This document shows positions 18,020-28,676 of a DNA stretch of 64,000 nucleotides, piece after piece. A program made the position numbers and the translations under genes. Below the pieces are notes generated by a model that saw only the letters and a program-made list of their open reading frames with translations, ran no database searches and was not told the origin of the DNA. This DNA is from an uncultured Eggerthellaceae bacterium. Its GTDB lineage: Bacteria > Actinomycetota > Coriobacteriia > Coriobacteriales > Eggerthellaceae. Location: the NCBI GenBank assembly GCA_964553375.1, contig CAZKKN010000002.1, positions 3,280 to 67,279 of the forward strand, given 5' to 3'. The stretch's first letter is position 1. Each line of letters starts with the position of its first letter.

Positions 18020-19345
18020 ATGGATGACCTTCTCCAACGACTCCAGCAGGTTACGACCAAAGGGGAAGCCGAACCGGCTTTGCTCATGCTTGAGGATGGC
18101 ATGGCTTTCGAGGGCATTTCCTGCGGGGCACCCGGAAAGGTCTTCGGCGAGATCTGCTTCAACACCTCGCTTGAGGGTTATCTGGAGGTGATCACCGACC
18201 CTTCCTATGCCGGTCAGATCGTCACCATGACCTATCCGCAGATCGGCAACTATGGCGTGAACCCTGCTGACGCCCAAGCAGCCCATCCCGCCTTGCGCGG
18301 CCTGGTGGTGCGCGACCTGTGCCGCACCCCCTCCAATTGGAGAAGCGAGATGCCCCTTCATCGTTATCTGGTTCAGGAGGGCGTGGTGGCCCTGGAGGGC
18401 ATTGACACCCGCGCCCTGGTACGCCACATCCGCGAATTCGGTGCCATGAAAGCAGGTATCGTCACCGGTCCCTGTGACGCTGAGGCGTTCCTTGCTGAAG
18501 TCAAGGCTTCGACGCCCCTCCGGGGGCAAAACCTCGTTCAAGGTGTTTCCTCACCGGCACCTTGGGCCTTTGAAGGTGATTCCCGTGCGCAAAGCCGCAG
18601 CTTCGCCACAACGCCGAACCTCGAGCCGACCCACAAGGTCATAGCCTACGATTGCGGGGTGAAGCGCTCCATCCTGGAAGGGCTCGCCCACTCCGGATGC
18701 GCCATCGAGGTGGTTCCCTGGGATACCCCTGCCGCAGACGTCCTCGCCCGCAACCCCGAGGGGGTCTTCCTCTCCAACGGCCCCGGGGATCCGGATGCCG
18801 TGGAGGCGACCTATGAGCAGGTGGGCGCCCTTTTGGGTCGCGTCCCGCTTTTCGGCATCTGCCTGGGGCATCAGATGATCTGCAAAGCCGCTGGCGGTGA
18901 CATGGAGAAACTCAAATACGGCCATCGGGGCGGCAATCACCCCGTGGCTAACCTCCTCACGGGCAAGGTGGAGATCACCGCCCAAAACCATGGCTTCAAC
19001 CTGGTCTTTCCCAGCTTGGGCCCGCTCATTCCCGAGCTATCAGGGGGCTTTGACGTTCACGAAGACGATCTGCGTCTTTGGGTGGAGCGCGGCATCGCTC
19101 CGGTAGTGGGCAACGAACGCTTCGGCCCGGTGCGGCTCACCCATGTGAACTTGAACGATGGCACCGCAGAGGGAATCGAGTTCCTCCAGATTCCCTGCTT
19201 CAGCGTGCAATACCACCCCGAAGCCAACCCGGGCCCCACCGATTCCCATTATCTGTTCACGGCGTTTTCTCGGCTCATGGATGGAAAGAAAGACTACTTG
19301 TCCATCCCGATACCTGATGACCGGCTTCAAGGATGGAGGTTCTGA
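18020..19345 (+). CDS. carA: carbamoyl-phosphate synthase small (glutaminase) subunit
   Basis: GICLGHQM catalytic Cys and VQYHPEA. I trimmed the start to ATG 18020 (MDDLLQ...). The track's upstream 34 codons overlap the pyrC 3' end and are Arg/His-rich with no CarA-like sequence. Confidence 0.9.
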   Translation: MDDLLQRLQQVTTKGEAEPALLMLEDGMAFEGISCGAPGKVFGEICFNTSLEGYLEVITDPSYAGQIVTMTYPQIGNYGVNPADAQAAHPALRGLVVRDLCRTPSNWRSEMPLHRYLVQEGVVALEGIDTRALVRHIREFGAMKAGIVTGPCDAEAFLAEVKASTPLRGQNLVQGVSSPAPWAFEGDSRAQSRSFATTPNLEPTHKVIAYDCGVKRSILEGLAHSGCAIEVVPWDTPAADVLARNPEGVFLSNGPGDPDAVEATYEQVGALLGRVPLFGICLGHQMICKAAGGDMEKLKYGHRGGNHPVANLLTGKVEITAQNHGFNLVFPSLGPLIPELSGGFDVHEDDLRLWVERGIAPVVGNERFGPVRLTHVNLNDGTAEGIEFLQIPCFSVQYHPEANPGPTDSHYLFTAFSRLMDGKKDYLSIPIPDDRLQGWRF

Positions 19346-19346
19346 G

Positions 19347-22300
19347 GTGCCCAAACGCGATGACCTGAAAACCATCCTCATCATCGGCAGCGGCCCCATC
19401 GTCATAGGCCAAGCCTGTGAATTCGACTATTCCGGCGCCCAAGCCTGCAAAGTGCTTCAGGAAGAGGGCTACCGCGTGGTGCTCGTGAACAGCAACCCGG
19501 CCACTATCATGACCGACCCCGGCCTGGCAGCGCGCACCTATATCGAGCCCATCACCCGCGAGTTTCTGGAGAAGGTCATCATCCAGGAGCGCCCCGACGC
19601 CATCCTGCCCACCCTGGGTGGACAAACCGGGCTCAACGCCGCCGTGGAACTGGCTGAGGCGGGTGTGCTTGAGACCTACGGCGTGGAGATGATCGGCTGC
19701 GATCTGGCAGCCATCCAACGAGGCGAGGATCGCAAGCTCTTCAACGAATGCATGGAGGAGCTGGGCCTGCAAACCGCGCGCAGCGGCTATGCCTATTCCG
19801 TGGAAGACGCCCTGGCCATCGTGGCCCAGGTGGGCTATCCTGCGGTCATACGCCCTTCCTTCACCCTTGGAGGCGCTGGTGGCGGCATCGCACGCACCGA
19901 AGAGGAGCTGCGAACCACCGTGGCCCAGGGCATCGAACTCTCCCCGGTCGGCGAGGTGCTTGTGGAAGAGAGCATCGAAGGCTGGAAAGAATTCGAGATG
20001 GAGGTCATGCGCGACAGGGAGGGCAATGGCATAGTCATCTGCTCCATCGAGAACCTGGACCCCATGGGGGTGCATACCGGCGACTCCATCACGGTGGCTC
20101 CCGCTCAGACCTTAAGCGACATCGAATACCAGCGCATGCGCGTGGCCTCGCTGGCGGTGCTGGAGAAGATCGGTGTGGAGACTGGCGGCTCAAACGTGCA
20201 GTTCGCCGTGAACCCCGAAGACGGCCGCATGGTGATCATCGAGATGAACCCAAGGGTTTCGCGCTCTTCGGCTTTGGCCTCCAAGGCAACGGGTTTCCCT
20301 ATAGCCAAGGCCGCGGCGCGCCTGGCGGTGGGCTACACCCTGGACGAGATCGTAAACGACATCACCGGAGCCACCCCCGCCTGCTTCGAGCCGAGCATCG
20401 ATTACTGCGTTGTGAAGGTGCCGCGCTTCGACTTCGAGAAGTTCAAAGGCACCGATGCCACGCTTTCCACGCGCATGAAGGCCGTAGGCGAGGTCATGGC
20501 CATCGGACGCACCTTCGAGGAGGCTTTAGGCAAAGCGCTGCGCTCTTTAGAGGACGGCCGCAGCGGCCTGGGAGCCGATGGGCATCGCACCTTCTCCTCC
20601 GTCAAGGAGGATTACCGGCCGCTGCTTGCCCGACCCACCTCCGGGCGCATCATATATATAGGCTGCGCGTTGCGCCACGGCTGGAGCGCAGCGGAGATCC
20701 ACGAGGTCACCGGCATCGACCGCTTCTTCCTCGACCGCATGGCTGATATCATCGCCATCCAAGAGGAACTGCGGGGCAGAAACCTCGATGAGCTCAGCGC
20801 CCCTGCGTTGCTCCTAGCCAAACGGGCCGGTCTCTCCGATGCGCAGATCGCCCATCTGGTGGGCAGCCAGGAACTCCTCGTGCGCACGCGGCGCAAGGCC
20901 CTAGGCGTGGTGCCCGCCTTCAAAACGGTGGATACCTGTGCGGCGGAATTCCCCTGCCTGACCCAGTACCATTACAAGACTTACGATGCGGCGGAAAACG
21001 AATGCGCTGATGCAACGTGCGAAAAGCAGAAGGTGATGATCCTCGGCGCCGGCCCCAATCGCATCGGCCAGGGCATCGAATTCGATTACTGCTGCGTCCA
21101 TGCAAGCTATGCCCTGCGAGATGCGGGATACGAGACCATCATGGTGAACTGCAACCCGGAGACGGTCTCCACCGACTACGACACCTCCGATAAACTCTAT
21201 TTCGAACCGCTGACCTTCGAAGATGTCATGGATGTCATCGATTGCGAAAAGCCCAGCGGCGTCATCGTCACCTTGGGCGGACAGACCCCCTTGAAGCTCG
21301 CTCGAAGCTTGGCTGAAGCCGGCGTGCCTATCTTGGGAACCCAACCCGAGGCCATAGACGAGGCTGAGGACCGCAATCGCTTCTCTCGCATCCTCGATGA
21401 GCTGGGCATCGAATACCCGCCTGCCGGCGAGGCCTCCTCCTTCGATGAAGCGCTCGCCGTGGCCCGGCGCATCGGCTATCCGCTCCTGGTGCGTCCGAGC
21501 TATGTGCTGGGCGGCCGCGGCATGGCCATCGTCTACAACGGCGAGCAGCTCTCTCGCTATATGGAAGAGGCCACGTCCTTAAGCCCTGACCATCCGGTCT
21601 ATCTTGATAGATTCCTGGAATCGGCCATAGAGGTAGACCTCGATTGCATCTGCGATGGTGAGGAAGTGCTCATTGGCGGCGTGCTGGAGCATATCGAGGA
21701 AGCAGGCATACATTCGGGTGACTCGGCCTGCTGCATCCCGCCGTTTTCCCTGTCCGATGCCTTAGTGGACTCCCTGGAAGATATCGCACGGCGTTTGGCC
21801 CTGCGCTTAGGGGTTGTGGGGCTCCTGAACATACAGTTCGCCATAAAAGACCAGGTGATCTATTGCATCGAGGCCAACCCCCGGGCCAGTCGCACCGTGC
21901 CGTTCATCTCCAAAGCCACCGGCGTGCCCTTGGCGAAGATCGCATCTTTGGTCATGGCAGGTCAGAAGCTCTCCCGGATGAACCTCGCCGCCGATTACCG
22001 CAACCTCGACCACTTCGCTGTGAAGGAGGCCGTCATGCCCTTCGGCCGCTTCCCGGGAAGCGATGTGGTGCTGGGGCCGGAGATGAAATCCACTGGCGAG
22101 GTCATGGGCTTGGGACCCACATTCCCCGCGGCTTACGCCAAAAGCCAGCTTGCCATCAGCTATGAGCTTCCCAGCGGCGGCACGGTATTCATCAGCGTGG
22201 CCGACAAGGATAAGCGCGCCATCATCTCCATCGCTCGGGACTTCGAGCGCCTGGGGTTCCAAGTTGCCTCTACAGGCGGTACCGCAAAGGCCCTACAGGC

Positions 22301-22583
22301 GAGCGGCATCCGCTGCAAGGTGGTGAACAAGGTCTCCGAACCTTCACCCAACATCGGCGACCTCATAGCCCAAGGAGAGGTGGCGCTGCTCATCAACACG
22401 CCTTTCGGCAATGGCTCACGTGGCGACGGATACACCTTGCGCTTGGCGGCGGTGCGCTGCGGTGTGCCTTACGCCACCACCATTGCCGCAGCACAAGCCC
22501 TTGCCGCAGCCATGGAGGTCCGCCAGCGCGAGACCCTGGGCGTCCTTGCGCTACAGGATTTCAGCCCCGCCTTCTCCCTCTGA
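19347..22583 (+). CDS. carB: carbamoyl-phosphate synthase large subunit
   Basis: Duplicated ATP-grasp halves: [21 protein letters not shown] and [21 protein letters not shown] trimmed the start to GTG 19347 ([16 protein letters not shown]), directly after the carA stop. Confidence 0.95.
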   Translation: MPKRDDLKTILIIGSGPIVIGQACEFDYSGAQACKVLQEEGYRVVLVNSNPATIMTDPGLAARTYIEPITREFLEKVIIQERPDAILPTLGGQTGLNAAVELAEAGVLETYGVEMIGCDLAAIQRGEDRKLFNECMEELGLQTARSGYAYSVEDALAIVAQVGYPAVIRPSFTLGGAGGGIARTEEELRTTVAQGIELSPVGEVLVEESIEGWKEFEMEVMRDREGNGIVICSIENLDPMGVHTGDSITVAPAQTLSDIEYQRMRVASLAVLEKIGVETGGSNVQFAVNPEDGRMVIIEMNPRVSRSSALASKATGFPIAKAAARLAVGYTLDEIVNDITGATPACFEPSIDYCVVKVPRFDFEKFKGTDATLSTRMKAVGEVMAIGRTFEEALGKALRSLEDGRSGLGADGHRTFSSVKEDYRPLLARPTSGRIIYIGCALRHGWSAAEIHEVTGIDRFFLDRMADIIAIQEELRGRNLDELSAPALLLAKRAGLSDAQIAHLVGSQELLVRTRRKALGVVPAFKTVDTCAAEFPCLTQYHYKTYDAAENECADATCEKQKVMILGAGPNRIGQGIEFDYCCVHASYALRDAGYETIMVNCNPETVSTDYDTSDKLYFEPLTFEDVMDVIDCEKPSGVIVTLGGQTPLKLARSLAEAGVPILGTQPEAIDEAEDRNRFSRILDELGIEYPPAGEASSFDEALAVARRIGYPLLVRPSYVLGGRGMAIVYNGEQLSRYMEEATSLSPDHPVYLDRFLESAIEVDLDCICDGEEVLIGGVLEHIEEAGIHSGDSACCIPPFSLSDALVDSLEDIARRLALRLGVVGLLNIQFAIKDQVIYCIEANPRASRTVPFISKATGVPLAKIASLVMAGQKLSRMNLAADYRNLDHFAVKEAVMPFGRFPGSDVVLGPEMKSTGEVMGLGPTFPAAYAKSQLAISYELPSGGTVFISVADKDKRAIISIARDFERLGFQVASTGGTAKALQASGIRCKVVNKVSEPSPNIGDLIAQGEVALLINTPFGNGSRGDGYTLRLAAVRCGVPYATTIAAAQALAAAMEVRQRETLGVLALQDFSPAFSL

Positions 22584-22622
22584 TACAATCAATCTGTTCG
22601 AAACCCCAAAGAAAGGGGCGCT

Positions 22623-23435
22623 ATGCCACAGGTTTTAGAGGAACAGGCCCGCATCCTCTCCAACGAGCCGGTAGGCCCAGGGCTTTCTCTTATGCGTCTG
22701 GATTCGCCGATGATCTCCTCATCGGTGCTTCCCGGGCAATTCGTCCACATGAAGCTCCCCGGTAAAGACGAGCATCTGCTGCGTCGGCCGTTCTCCATCT
22801 ACGATGCGGATCCGACCAACGGCACCTTGGATATCCTCTACCAGCAAGTGGGGGTTCTCACCCGCTACATGTCTCAGCTTGCCGAAGGGGAGGTAGATCT
22901 GCTCGGTCCCATCGGGAGGAGCTGGTCGGCTGTGGAGCGCACTCAGGAAGGCCGCTGCAGCCACGCCCTCATCGTTGGGGGCGGGGTAGGGGCAGCGCCG
23001 CTTTTCCTGCTCACCAAGGCCTTGGTGGCCCAGGCCATCCCCACCGATGTGATCCTAGGCGCTCAAACGGAAGTCGCCCTGATCTGTCGGGAAAGCTACA
23101 GCGGCCTTCTCGCCTGCGAGCCCAGCTGCTCCACCGATGACGGCTCCTACGGCCGAGCGGGCTTCGCCACATCCCTGGTGGAAGAGCGCCTCGATCAAGG
23201 ATGCATCGCCGATGGCGCCCCGTACGATTACGTGGCCGTCTGCGGGCCTGAGCCCCTCATGAAGGTGGTCTCCTCCATAGCTCAGGATCGCGGCGTTTAC
23301 TGCGAGGTATCCCTTGAGAAGCGCATGGCCTGCGGCATCGGCGCTTGCCTGTCTTGCGTGGTGGATACCATCCACGGCAAGAAGCGCTCCTGCGTGGATG
23401 GCCCCATTTTCCCCAGTAGCGAGGTGGTGTGGTGA
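22623..23435 (+). CDS. pyrK: dihydroorotate dehydrogenase B electron-transfer (FAD/2Fe-2S) subunit
   Basis: RRPFSIY flavin motif and C-terminal Cys cluster RMACGIGACLSCV. Confidence 0.88.
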   Translation: MPQVLEEQARILSNEPVGPGLSLMRLDSPMISSSVLPGQFVHMKLPGKDEHLLRRPFSIYDADPTNGTLDILYQQVGVLTRYMSQLAEGEVDLLGPIGRSWSAVERTQEGRCSHALIVGGGVGAAPLFLLTKALVAQAIPTDVILGAQTEVALICRESYSGLLACEPSCSTDDGSYGRAGFATSLVEERLDQGCIADGAPYDYVAVCGPEPLMKVVSSIAQDRGVYCEVSLEKRMACGIGACLSCVVDTIHGKKRSCVDGPIFPSSEVVW

Positions 23436-24373
23436 TGACAGCCCTCAAACCCAAAGAGACAACGGTGGCCTTGGGCGTGAACCTGGGAGGATTGGCCATG
23501 GCCAATCCGGTCACCACGGCATCGGGCACCTTCGCCGCTGGTCGGGAATACGGCCAGTTCGTGGATGTGGCGAGCCTGGGCGCTGTGACCACCAAAGGCG
23601 TGTCGCTGAACGGCTGGGAGGGCAACGCTTCGCCCCGCATCGCCGAGACCCCCAGCGGCATGCTCAACTCCATCGGCCTGCAAAACCCCGGTGTAGAACA
23701 TCTTCTTGAACATGACCTGCCCTGGCTTCAATCCCAAGGCGCTACGACCATCGTGAACGTCTCGGGCCATAGCTTCCAGGAATACGTTGACGTGATCGAG
23801 GCTTTGGAGCAAAGTGACGCGGTGGGAGCCTATGAGGTGAATGTCTCGTGCCCCAACGTAGATGCGGGCGGCATGACCATCGGCACCGACGCAGCCAGCG
23901 TAGAGCAGGTGGTAGCCTGCTGCCGTGAGCGCACGAAGCGGCCCCTCATCGTGAAGCTCACCCCCAATGTCACCGATGTGACCGAGATAGCCCGGGCGGC
24001 TGTGGCTGGCGGCGCCGACGCGCTCTCGCTCATCAATACGCTTCTGGGCATGGCCATAGATGCCAACCGCAGAAAGCCGCTCCTCGCCCGCGTGGTGGGG
24101 GGGCTTTCCGGACCCGCGGTGAAGCCGGTGGCCCTGCGCATGGTCTGGCAGGTGCACCAAGCGGTATCCGTGCCGTTGCTGGGCATGGGCGGCATCTGCG
24201 ATGGCACTGATGCCGTGGAGTTCCTGCTGGCCGGAGCCACTGCCGTTGCTGTGGGAACCGCCAACTTCGTTGACCCCGCCGCCACGGTGAAGGTGATTGA
24301 TGGCATCATAGATTACTGCGAGGCCCACGGCGTGAAAGACGTGAACGAGATCATAGGAGGCTTGGAATGCTGA
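23429..24373 (+). CDS. pyrD: dihydroorotate dehydrogenase B catalytic subunit
   Basis: NSIGLQNPG, VKLTPNVTD and SLINTL motifs. Overlaps pyrK by 7 nt. Confidence 0.93.
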   Translation: MVMTALKPKETTVALGVNLGGLAMANPVTTASGTFAAGREYGQFVDVASLGAVTTKGVSLNGWEGNASPRIAETPSGMLNSIGLQNPGVEHLLEHDLPWLQSQGATTIVNVSGHSFQEYVDVIEALEQSDAVGAYEVNVSCPNVDAGGMTIGTDAASVEQVVACCRERTKRPLIVKLTPNVTDVTEIARAAVAGGADALSLINTLLGMAIDANRRKPLLARVVGGLSGPAVKPVALRMVWQVHQAVSVPLLGMGGICDGTDAVEFLLAGATAVAVGTANFVDPAATVKVIDGIIDYCEAHGVKDVNEIIGGLEC

Positions 24374-25092
24374 ACCGTTTCTCATCCGTCGCTCCTGAAG
24401 AGCGGATCATCGTAGCGCTGGATTGCGGCCACGAGGAAGCCTTGGCCCTGGCCGATTCCCTTTCCGGTAAGGCCCGGTGGCTCAAAGTGGGCATGACCCT
24501 CTTCTATGCTTGCGGCCCGTTTATCGTGAGTGAGCTCAAAGAGCGCGGATTCGATGTCTTCTTGGATCTGAAACTCCATGACATTCCGTTTCAGGTTCAA
24601 GGTGCTGCGCGTTCGGCCGCCCTCACCGGGGCAGATATGCTCACCATGCACTGCCTGGGAGGCCAGGCCATGCTTGCCGCCGGTCAAGCCGGGGTGGAGC
24701 AGGCTGCTGTCGAAAGCGGACGTCCCACTGCGGTCACGCTGGGAATCACAGTGCTCACCTCCATGGACGAGGCGGCATTGCATCAGGTGGGGATAGAGGC
24801 GGCCCCGGCCCAAGAGGTGAGGACCTTAGCCGGTGTAGCCAAAGAGGCCTCCATCAGCGGCGTTGTAGCTTCCCCCCAGGAAGCGGCCATGTTGCGGGAG
24901 ATGCTCGGCCCCGATGCGTATATCGTGACCCCCGGAGTGCGTCCTGCCGGCGCTGCCAAAGGCGACCAGAGCCGGGTGGCCACTCCCGAAGCCGCTTTCG
25001 CCGCCGGAGCATCCCATGTGGTCATCGGCCGTCCCATAACCCAGGCACCCTCTCCCGTGGAGGCGTTCTGCACCATAGCCGAAGCCCTTTAG
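24367..25092 (+). CDS. pyrF: orotidine 5'-phosphate decarboxylase
   Basis: FLDLKLHDIP and VIGRPIT motifs. Confidence 0.9.
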   Translation: MLNRFSSVAPEERIIVALDCGHEEALALADSLSGKARWLKVGMTLFYACGPFIVSELKERGFDVFLDLKLHDIPFQVQGAARSAALTGADMLTMHCLGGQAMLAAGQAGVEQAAVESGRPTAVTLGITVLTSMDEAALHQVGIEAAPAQEVRTLAGVAKEASISGVVASPQEAAMLREMLGPDAYIVTPGVRPAGAAKGDQSRVATPEAAFAAGASHVVIGRPITQAPSPVEAFCTIAEAL

Positions 25093-25333
25093 CGCCGTTC
25101 ATCGGTTCTTCGGGAAACTATTTTCCAGATGTCTCGGCTCTTTCTAAGGACATCCGAAACAGAAGGCATCGTCTGATAGTTTCAACGGGAAGCCACCACG
25201 TATAGGGGCTTGGATTTCCGACCTACTATATAAGATATATCAACGCATCGGCACTAACGCCTTAAGCATGAGCGACAAAGGGGAGATTCGGACTGACCGA
25301 CAGGGGATTTGGAGACGAATTGGCAAATTTACC

Positions 25334-25363
25334 TTGTATTTCTCGGCAAATACATACTAGAAT
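25334..25363 (+). promoter_or_regulatory. candidate promoter for mihF-gmk-rpoZ-thiI
   Basis: TTGTAT, 18-nt spacer, TAGAAT, inside an AT-rich 413-bp spacer. This would give a leader of about 135 nt. Confidence 0.35.
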
Positions 25364-25505
25364 GTAGTTCATCCGGTAAAACACACTCTTAAATCCACTA
25401 CCTAACACAGCTTGCCGACGCCCACCGTGCGTCCATGCAAGAGTCATTCCCAATAACCGTTGGGATGTGCACGGCCTATAAAAATGGGGAAATAAGGAGA
25501 GAAGA

Positions 25506-25814
25506 ATGGCAATTCCCAAACTCAGCGATGCTCAGCGCAAGGAAGCCTTGGAGAAAGCCAAGGAGGCTCGCATCAAGCGCGCAGAGATCCGCGATCAGCT
25601 TCGCAATGGCAAGCTCACGCTTAAGCAGGTGATCGATAAGAAGAACGATCCCATCATCGGTCGCATGAAGGTATCCACGCTCATCGAGACGCTCCCGGGC
25701 TACGGCAAGGCTAAGTCCGAGAAGATCATGAGCGAGCTGCAGATCGCTGAGAGCCGCCGCCTGCGGGGCTTGGGCGAGCGTCAGGAGGCTGCCCTTCTGG
25801 AGCGCTTGGGTTAA
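25506..25814 (+). CDS. mihF: actinobacterial integration host factor (mIHF)
   Basis: Close resemblance along its whole length to mycobacterial mIHF (MA.P.L.D.QR..ALEKA...R..RAE....L..G...L.QV........GRMKVS.L.E.LP..GK.K...IM.EL.IA..RRLRGLG.RQ). Sits in the conserved mihF-gmk-rpoZ context. Confidence 0.85.
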   Translation: MAIPKLSDAQRKEALEKAKEARIKRAEIRDQLRNGKLTLKQVIDKKNDPIIGRMKVSTLIETLPGYGKAKSEKIMSELQIAESRRLRGLGERQEAALLERLG

Positions 25815-26375
25815 ATGCGCAAAGGAAATCTCTTTGTGATATCAGGGCCATCGGGTGCCGGCAAGGGCACGCTGGTGGCCCTCCTTTCTTCTTCGGTACC
25901 CGATGCCTGGGTCTCCGTTTCGGCCACCACCCGCAATCCCCGAGAAGGGGAGCAGGACGGTAAGGACTACTTCTTCTTGTCCCAAGAGGAGTTCAAGCGG
26001 CTCATCGCAGAAGACGAGCTGCTGGAATGGGCCGAGTATTCCGGAAATTACTACGGCACGCCCTTGAGAAGCGTGCTGCAGAAGATGGAAGAAGGGCGCC
26101 AGGTGATCTTGGAGATAGAGGTGCAAGGGGCCAAGCAGATCAAGGAGAAGATTCCCCAGGCGAAGCTCATCTTCATAGAACCGCCTTCCTTCGATGAGCT
26201 GGAGCGGCGCCTGCGTCATCGCAATACCGAGACCGAAGCCTCCATAAAACGGCGACTGGAAACAGCGAAGCTAGAACTTTCCGCAAAAGAAGAGTATGAT
26301 ATACAGCTTGTGAATGACAACTTGGAGGAAGCTGCAGCTAAGCTTGCCTCCTACATAGAGGAAAACGCCGGATAA
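25815..26375 (+). CDS. gmk: guanylate kinase
   Basis: P-loop ISGPSGAGKGTL and EYSGNYYGT motif. Confidence 0.93.
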   Translation: MRKGNLFVISGPSGAGKGTLVALLSSSVPDAWVSVSATTRNPREGEQDGKDYFFLSQEEFKRLIAEDELLEWAEYSGNYYGTPLRSVLQKMEEGRQVILEIEVQGAKQIKEKIPQAKLIFIEPPSFDELERRLRHRNTETEASIKRRLETAKLELSAKEEYDIQLVNDNLEEAAAKLASYIEENAG

Positions 26376-26394
26376 ACGCGAGGAAGAATCGAAC

Positions 26395-26655
26395 ATGAGC
26401 ATCATCGAACCTAAGATCGACGTACTGCTGGAGAAAGCCGACAACGACCGCTTTCTGCTGTGCTCTGTGGCCAGCAAGCGCGCCCATGACATCAACGACA
26501 TGCTCCGGGGTCAGCGTGACCGCGCCCTGCAGATGCAGACGGCCGTGGAGATCGCCCGCGCGTCGGAGACCAAGCCGCTTTCCATCTCCTTCGGGGAGAT
26601 CGCCCGCGACGACGTGTCCTACAACCCCGAATCCATCGACGCTAAGAACCACTAG
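26395..26655 (+). CDS. rpoZ: DNA-directed RNA polymerase subunit omega
   Basis: NDRFLLCSVASKRAHDIN core; size and position after gmk fit. Confidence 0.85.
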   Translation: MSIIEPKIDVLLEKADNDRFLLCSVASKRAHDINDMLRGQRDRALQMQTAVEIARASETKPLSISFGEIARDDVSYNPESIDAKNH

Positions 26656-27876
26656 GTGACCCTCTACCAGCGCATATGCCTTGTCCACTATCATGAGATA
26701 GGGCTCAAAGGCCACAACCGGTCAGATTTCGAAAAGCGACTGCTGAAGAACCTGCAGTCGCTTTTGTGTGACTATCCCATCGTGACCATCCATCGCATCT
26801 CCGGGCGCCTTTGCGTCTTCCTCAAAGAGGGCACCTCCTTCGAGTGCGCCTTGGAATGCGCCGAGGCCATCCGCTGGGTTCCCGGGGTGGCACGGGTTTC
26901 GTGCGGTTACAAATGCGAGCGGGACATCGAGGAGATGAAAGATGTAGCGGTGCTGGCTTTGAGCGAGTGCGCCGCCTTCCAGACCTTCAAGGCCCAAGCC
27001 CGGCGCAGCCATACCGATTTCCCCATCAACTCCATGGAGATGAACTGCATCATCGGTGAAGCCCTCTGCATGGCATTTCCCGAGAAGACCGTGCAGATGA
27101 AAGAGCCTGATATAACCGTGGGCGTTGAGGTGGTGCAGAATGCCGCCTATATCTACGCCCGCTCCGTTCGAGGCATCGGGGGGCTTCCCGTTGGGGCATC
27201 GGGCAAGGTGGTCGCACTGCTGAGCAGCGGAATCGATTCCCCTGTGGCCCTCTGGCGCATGGCGCGGCGCGGAGCTGTTTGCATCGGCGTGCATTTCTCC
27301 GGGCGCCCCCAGACCTCCGATGAGAGCGAATATCTGGTAGACGACATTGCGCGGGTGTTGGAGAGAACCGGCTGCATCGCCCGGGTCTACACGGTTCCCT
27401 TCGGCGATTACCAAAAGGAGATAGCGCTTAAGGTGCCTCCTTCCCTGCGCATCATCATGTATCGGCGCCTGATGTATCGGGTGGCTGAGGCCCTTGCGGC
27501 TCGTGAGCATGCCGGCGCGCTCGTCACGGGAGAGAGCTTGGGTCAAGTGGCATCCCAAACCCTCGATAACATCCGGGCCACCGATGAGGCGGTTTCCCTT
27601 CCGGTGCTGCGTCCGCTCATAGGCACCGACAAGCTGGAGATAATCGAGGCCGCACAGAAGCTGGGCACCTTCGACATCTCCTCTCAGGATGCCCCGGATT
27701 GCTGCACTCTCTTCATGCCGCGAAACCCCGAGACCCACGCCAAGATGCCCCAGGTGCTGGAGGCTGAAGCCATGCTTCCCTTGGAGCAGTGGATTCGCGA
27801 GCTGGTCGATGCCGCCGAAGCGAAGGACTACCGCTGCGCCGCCTACCGGCCACCCCGGACGGCGAATCCCCGTTGA
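26656..27876 (+). CDS. thiI: tRNA 4-thiouridine(8) synthase ThiI (no rhodanese domain)
   Basis: THUMP-type N-terminal half and PP-loop LLSSGIDSPVA. The GTG start directly follows the rpoZ stop. Confidence 0.88.
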   Translation: MTLYQRICLVHYHEIGLKGHNRSDFEKRLLKNLQSLLCDYPIVTIHRISGRLCVFLKEGTSFECALECAEAIRWVPGVARVSCGYKCERDIEEMKDVAVLALSECAAFQTFKAQARRSHTDFPINSMEMNCIIGEALCMAFPEKTVQMKEPDITVGVEVVQNAAYIYARSVRGIGGLPVGASGKVVALLSSGIDSPVALWRMARRGAVCIGVHFSGRPQTSDESEYLVDDIARVLERTGCIARVYTVPFGDYQKEIALKVPPSLRIIMYRRLMYRVAEALAAREHAGALVTGESLGQVASQTLDNIRATDEAVSLPVLRPLIGTDKLEIIEAAQKLGTFDISSQDAPDCCTLFMPRNPETHAKMPQVLEAEAMLPLEQWIRELVDAAEAKDYRCAAYRPPRTANPR

Positions 27877-27973
27877 ATCCCTGTGGGATCCCCGGGTGCT
27901 TCTCGGTGAGGATCCGTCAGATTCGAATCAAGATCCGATAGGAATGGACGGCTTCCCGGGTGCAACCCCGATG

Positions 27974-28002
27974 TTCGAACCGGAAGGTCTCCTTGCTATG
28001 CT
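27974..28002 (+). promoter_or_regulatory. candidate promoter for comEA-comEC-holA
   Basis: TTCGAA, 17-nt spacer, TATGCT. It is embedded in the same TTGCTATGCT decamer seen at the pyr promoter. Confidence 0.35.
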
Positions 28003-28034
28003 CTCTCAAACCGCAGCGAGGGAAAGAGAGCGTT

Positions 28035-28676
28035 ATGGATCCTTTGAGCCTATCGGAGCTGAGAAGCAAACTGAGCCTTGAGGCCATCCCCAAACCGGCC
28101 TTAGTGGGGATCGTTGCGGTTATCCTCATGGTGGCAGTCCTGGTCGGCCGACTTCTTCTTAATACTGCCACCGCCAACGAAATAGCCTTCGAACCCTCAC
28201 CCGCTGAGGTATCGGAGGAGGAAGCGACGACGGCCCGGACTCTTTTCGTCCACGTTTCCGGCTGCGTTGCGAACCCGGGCCTTACCGAGTTGCCAGAGGG
28301 CTCCCGCGTCGCCGATGCCATAGATGCCTGTGGTGGACTCACCGAAGAAGCCGATGCCGCTTCGGTGAATCTGGCCCGAACCCTCAGCGACGGTGAGCAG
28401 GTCATCGTTTCTGCCCGAAAGACGGATTCCGCCGCAGCTGAGACCGCAGGCGGCCAATCACCCGCCACATCGACCGAAGCTCCGGCAAAGGTGAGCATAA
28501 ACCGCGCAAGCGCCGAGGAGCTTACAACCCTTAAAGGGGTGGGGGAGGCTACAGCCGAGAAAATCGTCGCCTATCGGCAGAAAAACGGCAGCTTCAGCAC
28601 CTTGGAAGGTCTCATGGAGGTCTCGGGCATAGGCGAGAAGAAATTCGAAGCCTTGAAAGACCAGATCACGCTCTGA
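28035..28676 (+). CDS. comEA: competence protein ComEA (DNA receptor; SLBB + helix-hairpin-helix)
   Basis: N-terminal TM helix and C-terminal HhH pair INRASAEELTTLKGVGEATAEKIVAYRQ...VSGIGEKKFEALK. I trimmed the start to ATG 28035 (MDPLSL...). Confidence 0.85.
   Translation: MDPLSLSELRSKLSLEAIPKPALVGIVAVILMVAVLVGRLLLNTATANEIAFEPSPAEVSEEEATTARTLFVHVSGCVANPGLTELPEGSRVADAIDACGGLTEEADAASVNLARTLSDGEQVIVSARKTDSAAAETAGGQSPATSTEAPAKVSINRASAEELTTLKGVGEATAEKIVAYRQKNGSFSTLEGLMEVSGIGEKKFEALKDQITL

Noticed and set aside
17918-19346. N-terminal extensions in the ORF track for carA (17918) and carB (19158). Similar extensions occur for ybeY (41036), comEA (27960), rpsO (45953), dapB (48476), dapA (49364), the TSCPD gene (45569) and dgt (3230).
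   Set aside because: The extra codons overlap the preceding gene or an inverted repeat and encode Arg/Pro/His-rich sequence unlike the protein family. In each case an internal start with a Shine-Dalgarno sequence, or a stop/start overlap, matches the conserved N-terminus.
25262-25519. 85-aa minus-strand ORF inside the pyrF-mihF spacer.
   Set aside because: It overlaps the mihF start and Shine-Dalgarno sequence, and I see no Shine-Dalgarno sequence of its own. Its composition reflects the AT-rich spacer, and it has no recognisable motif.
15015-27738. Other long minus-strand ORFs in this span: 15015-15608, 17301-18005, 19275-20075, 23297-24385 and 26722-27738.
   Set aside because: Each lies wholly antisense to a confidently identified + strand gene (pyrR, pyrC, carB, pyrD, thiI) and shows no motifs. 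The same reasoning applies to 59321-60436 (antisense to recA) and 62070-62975 (antisense to rny).
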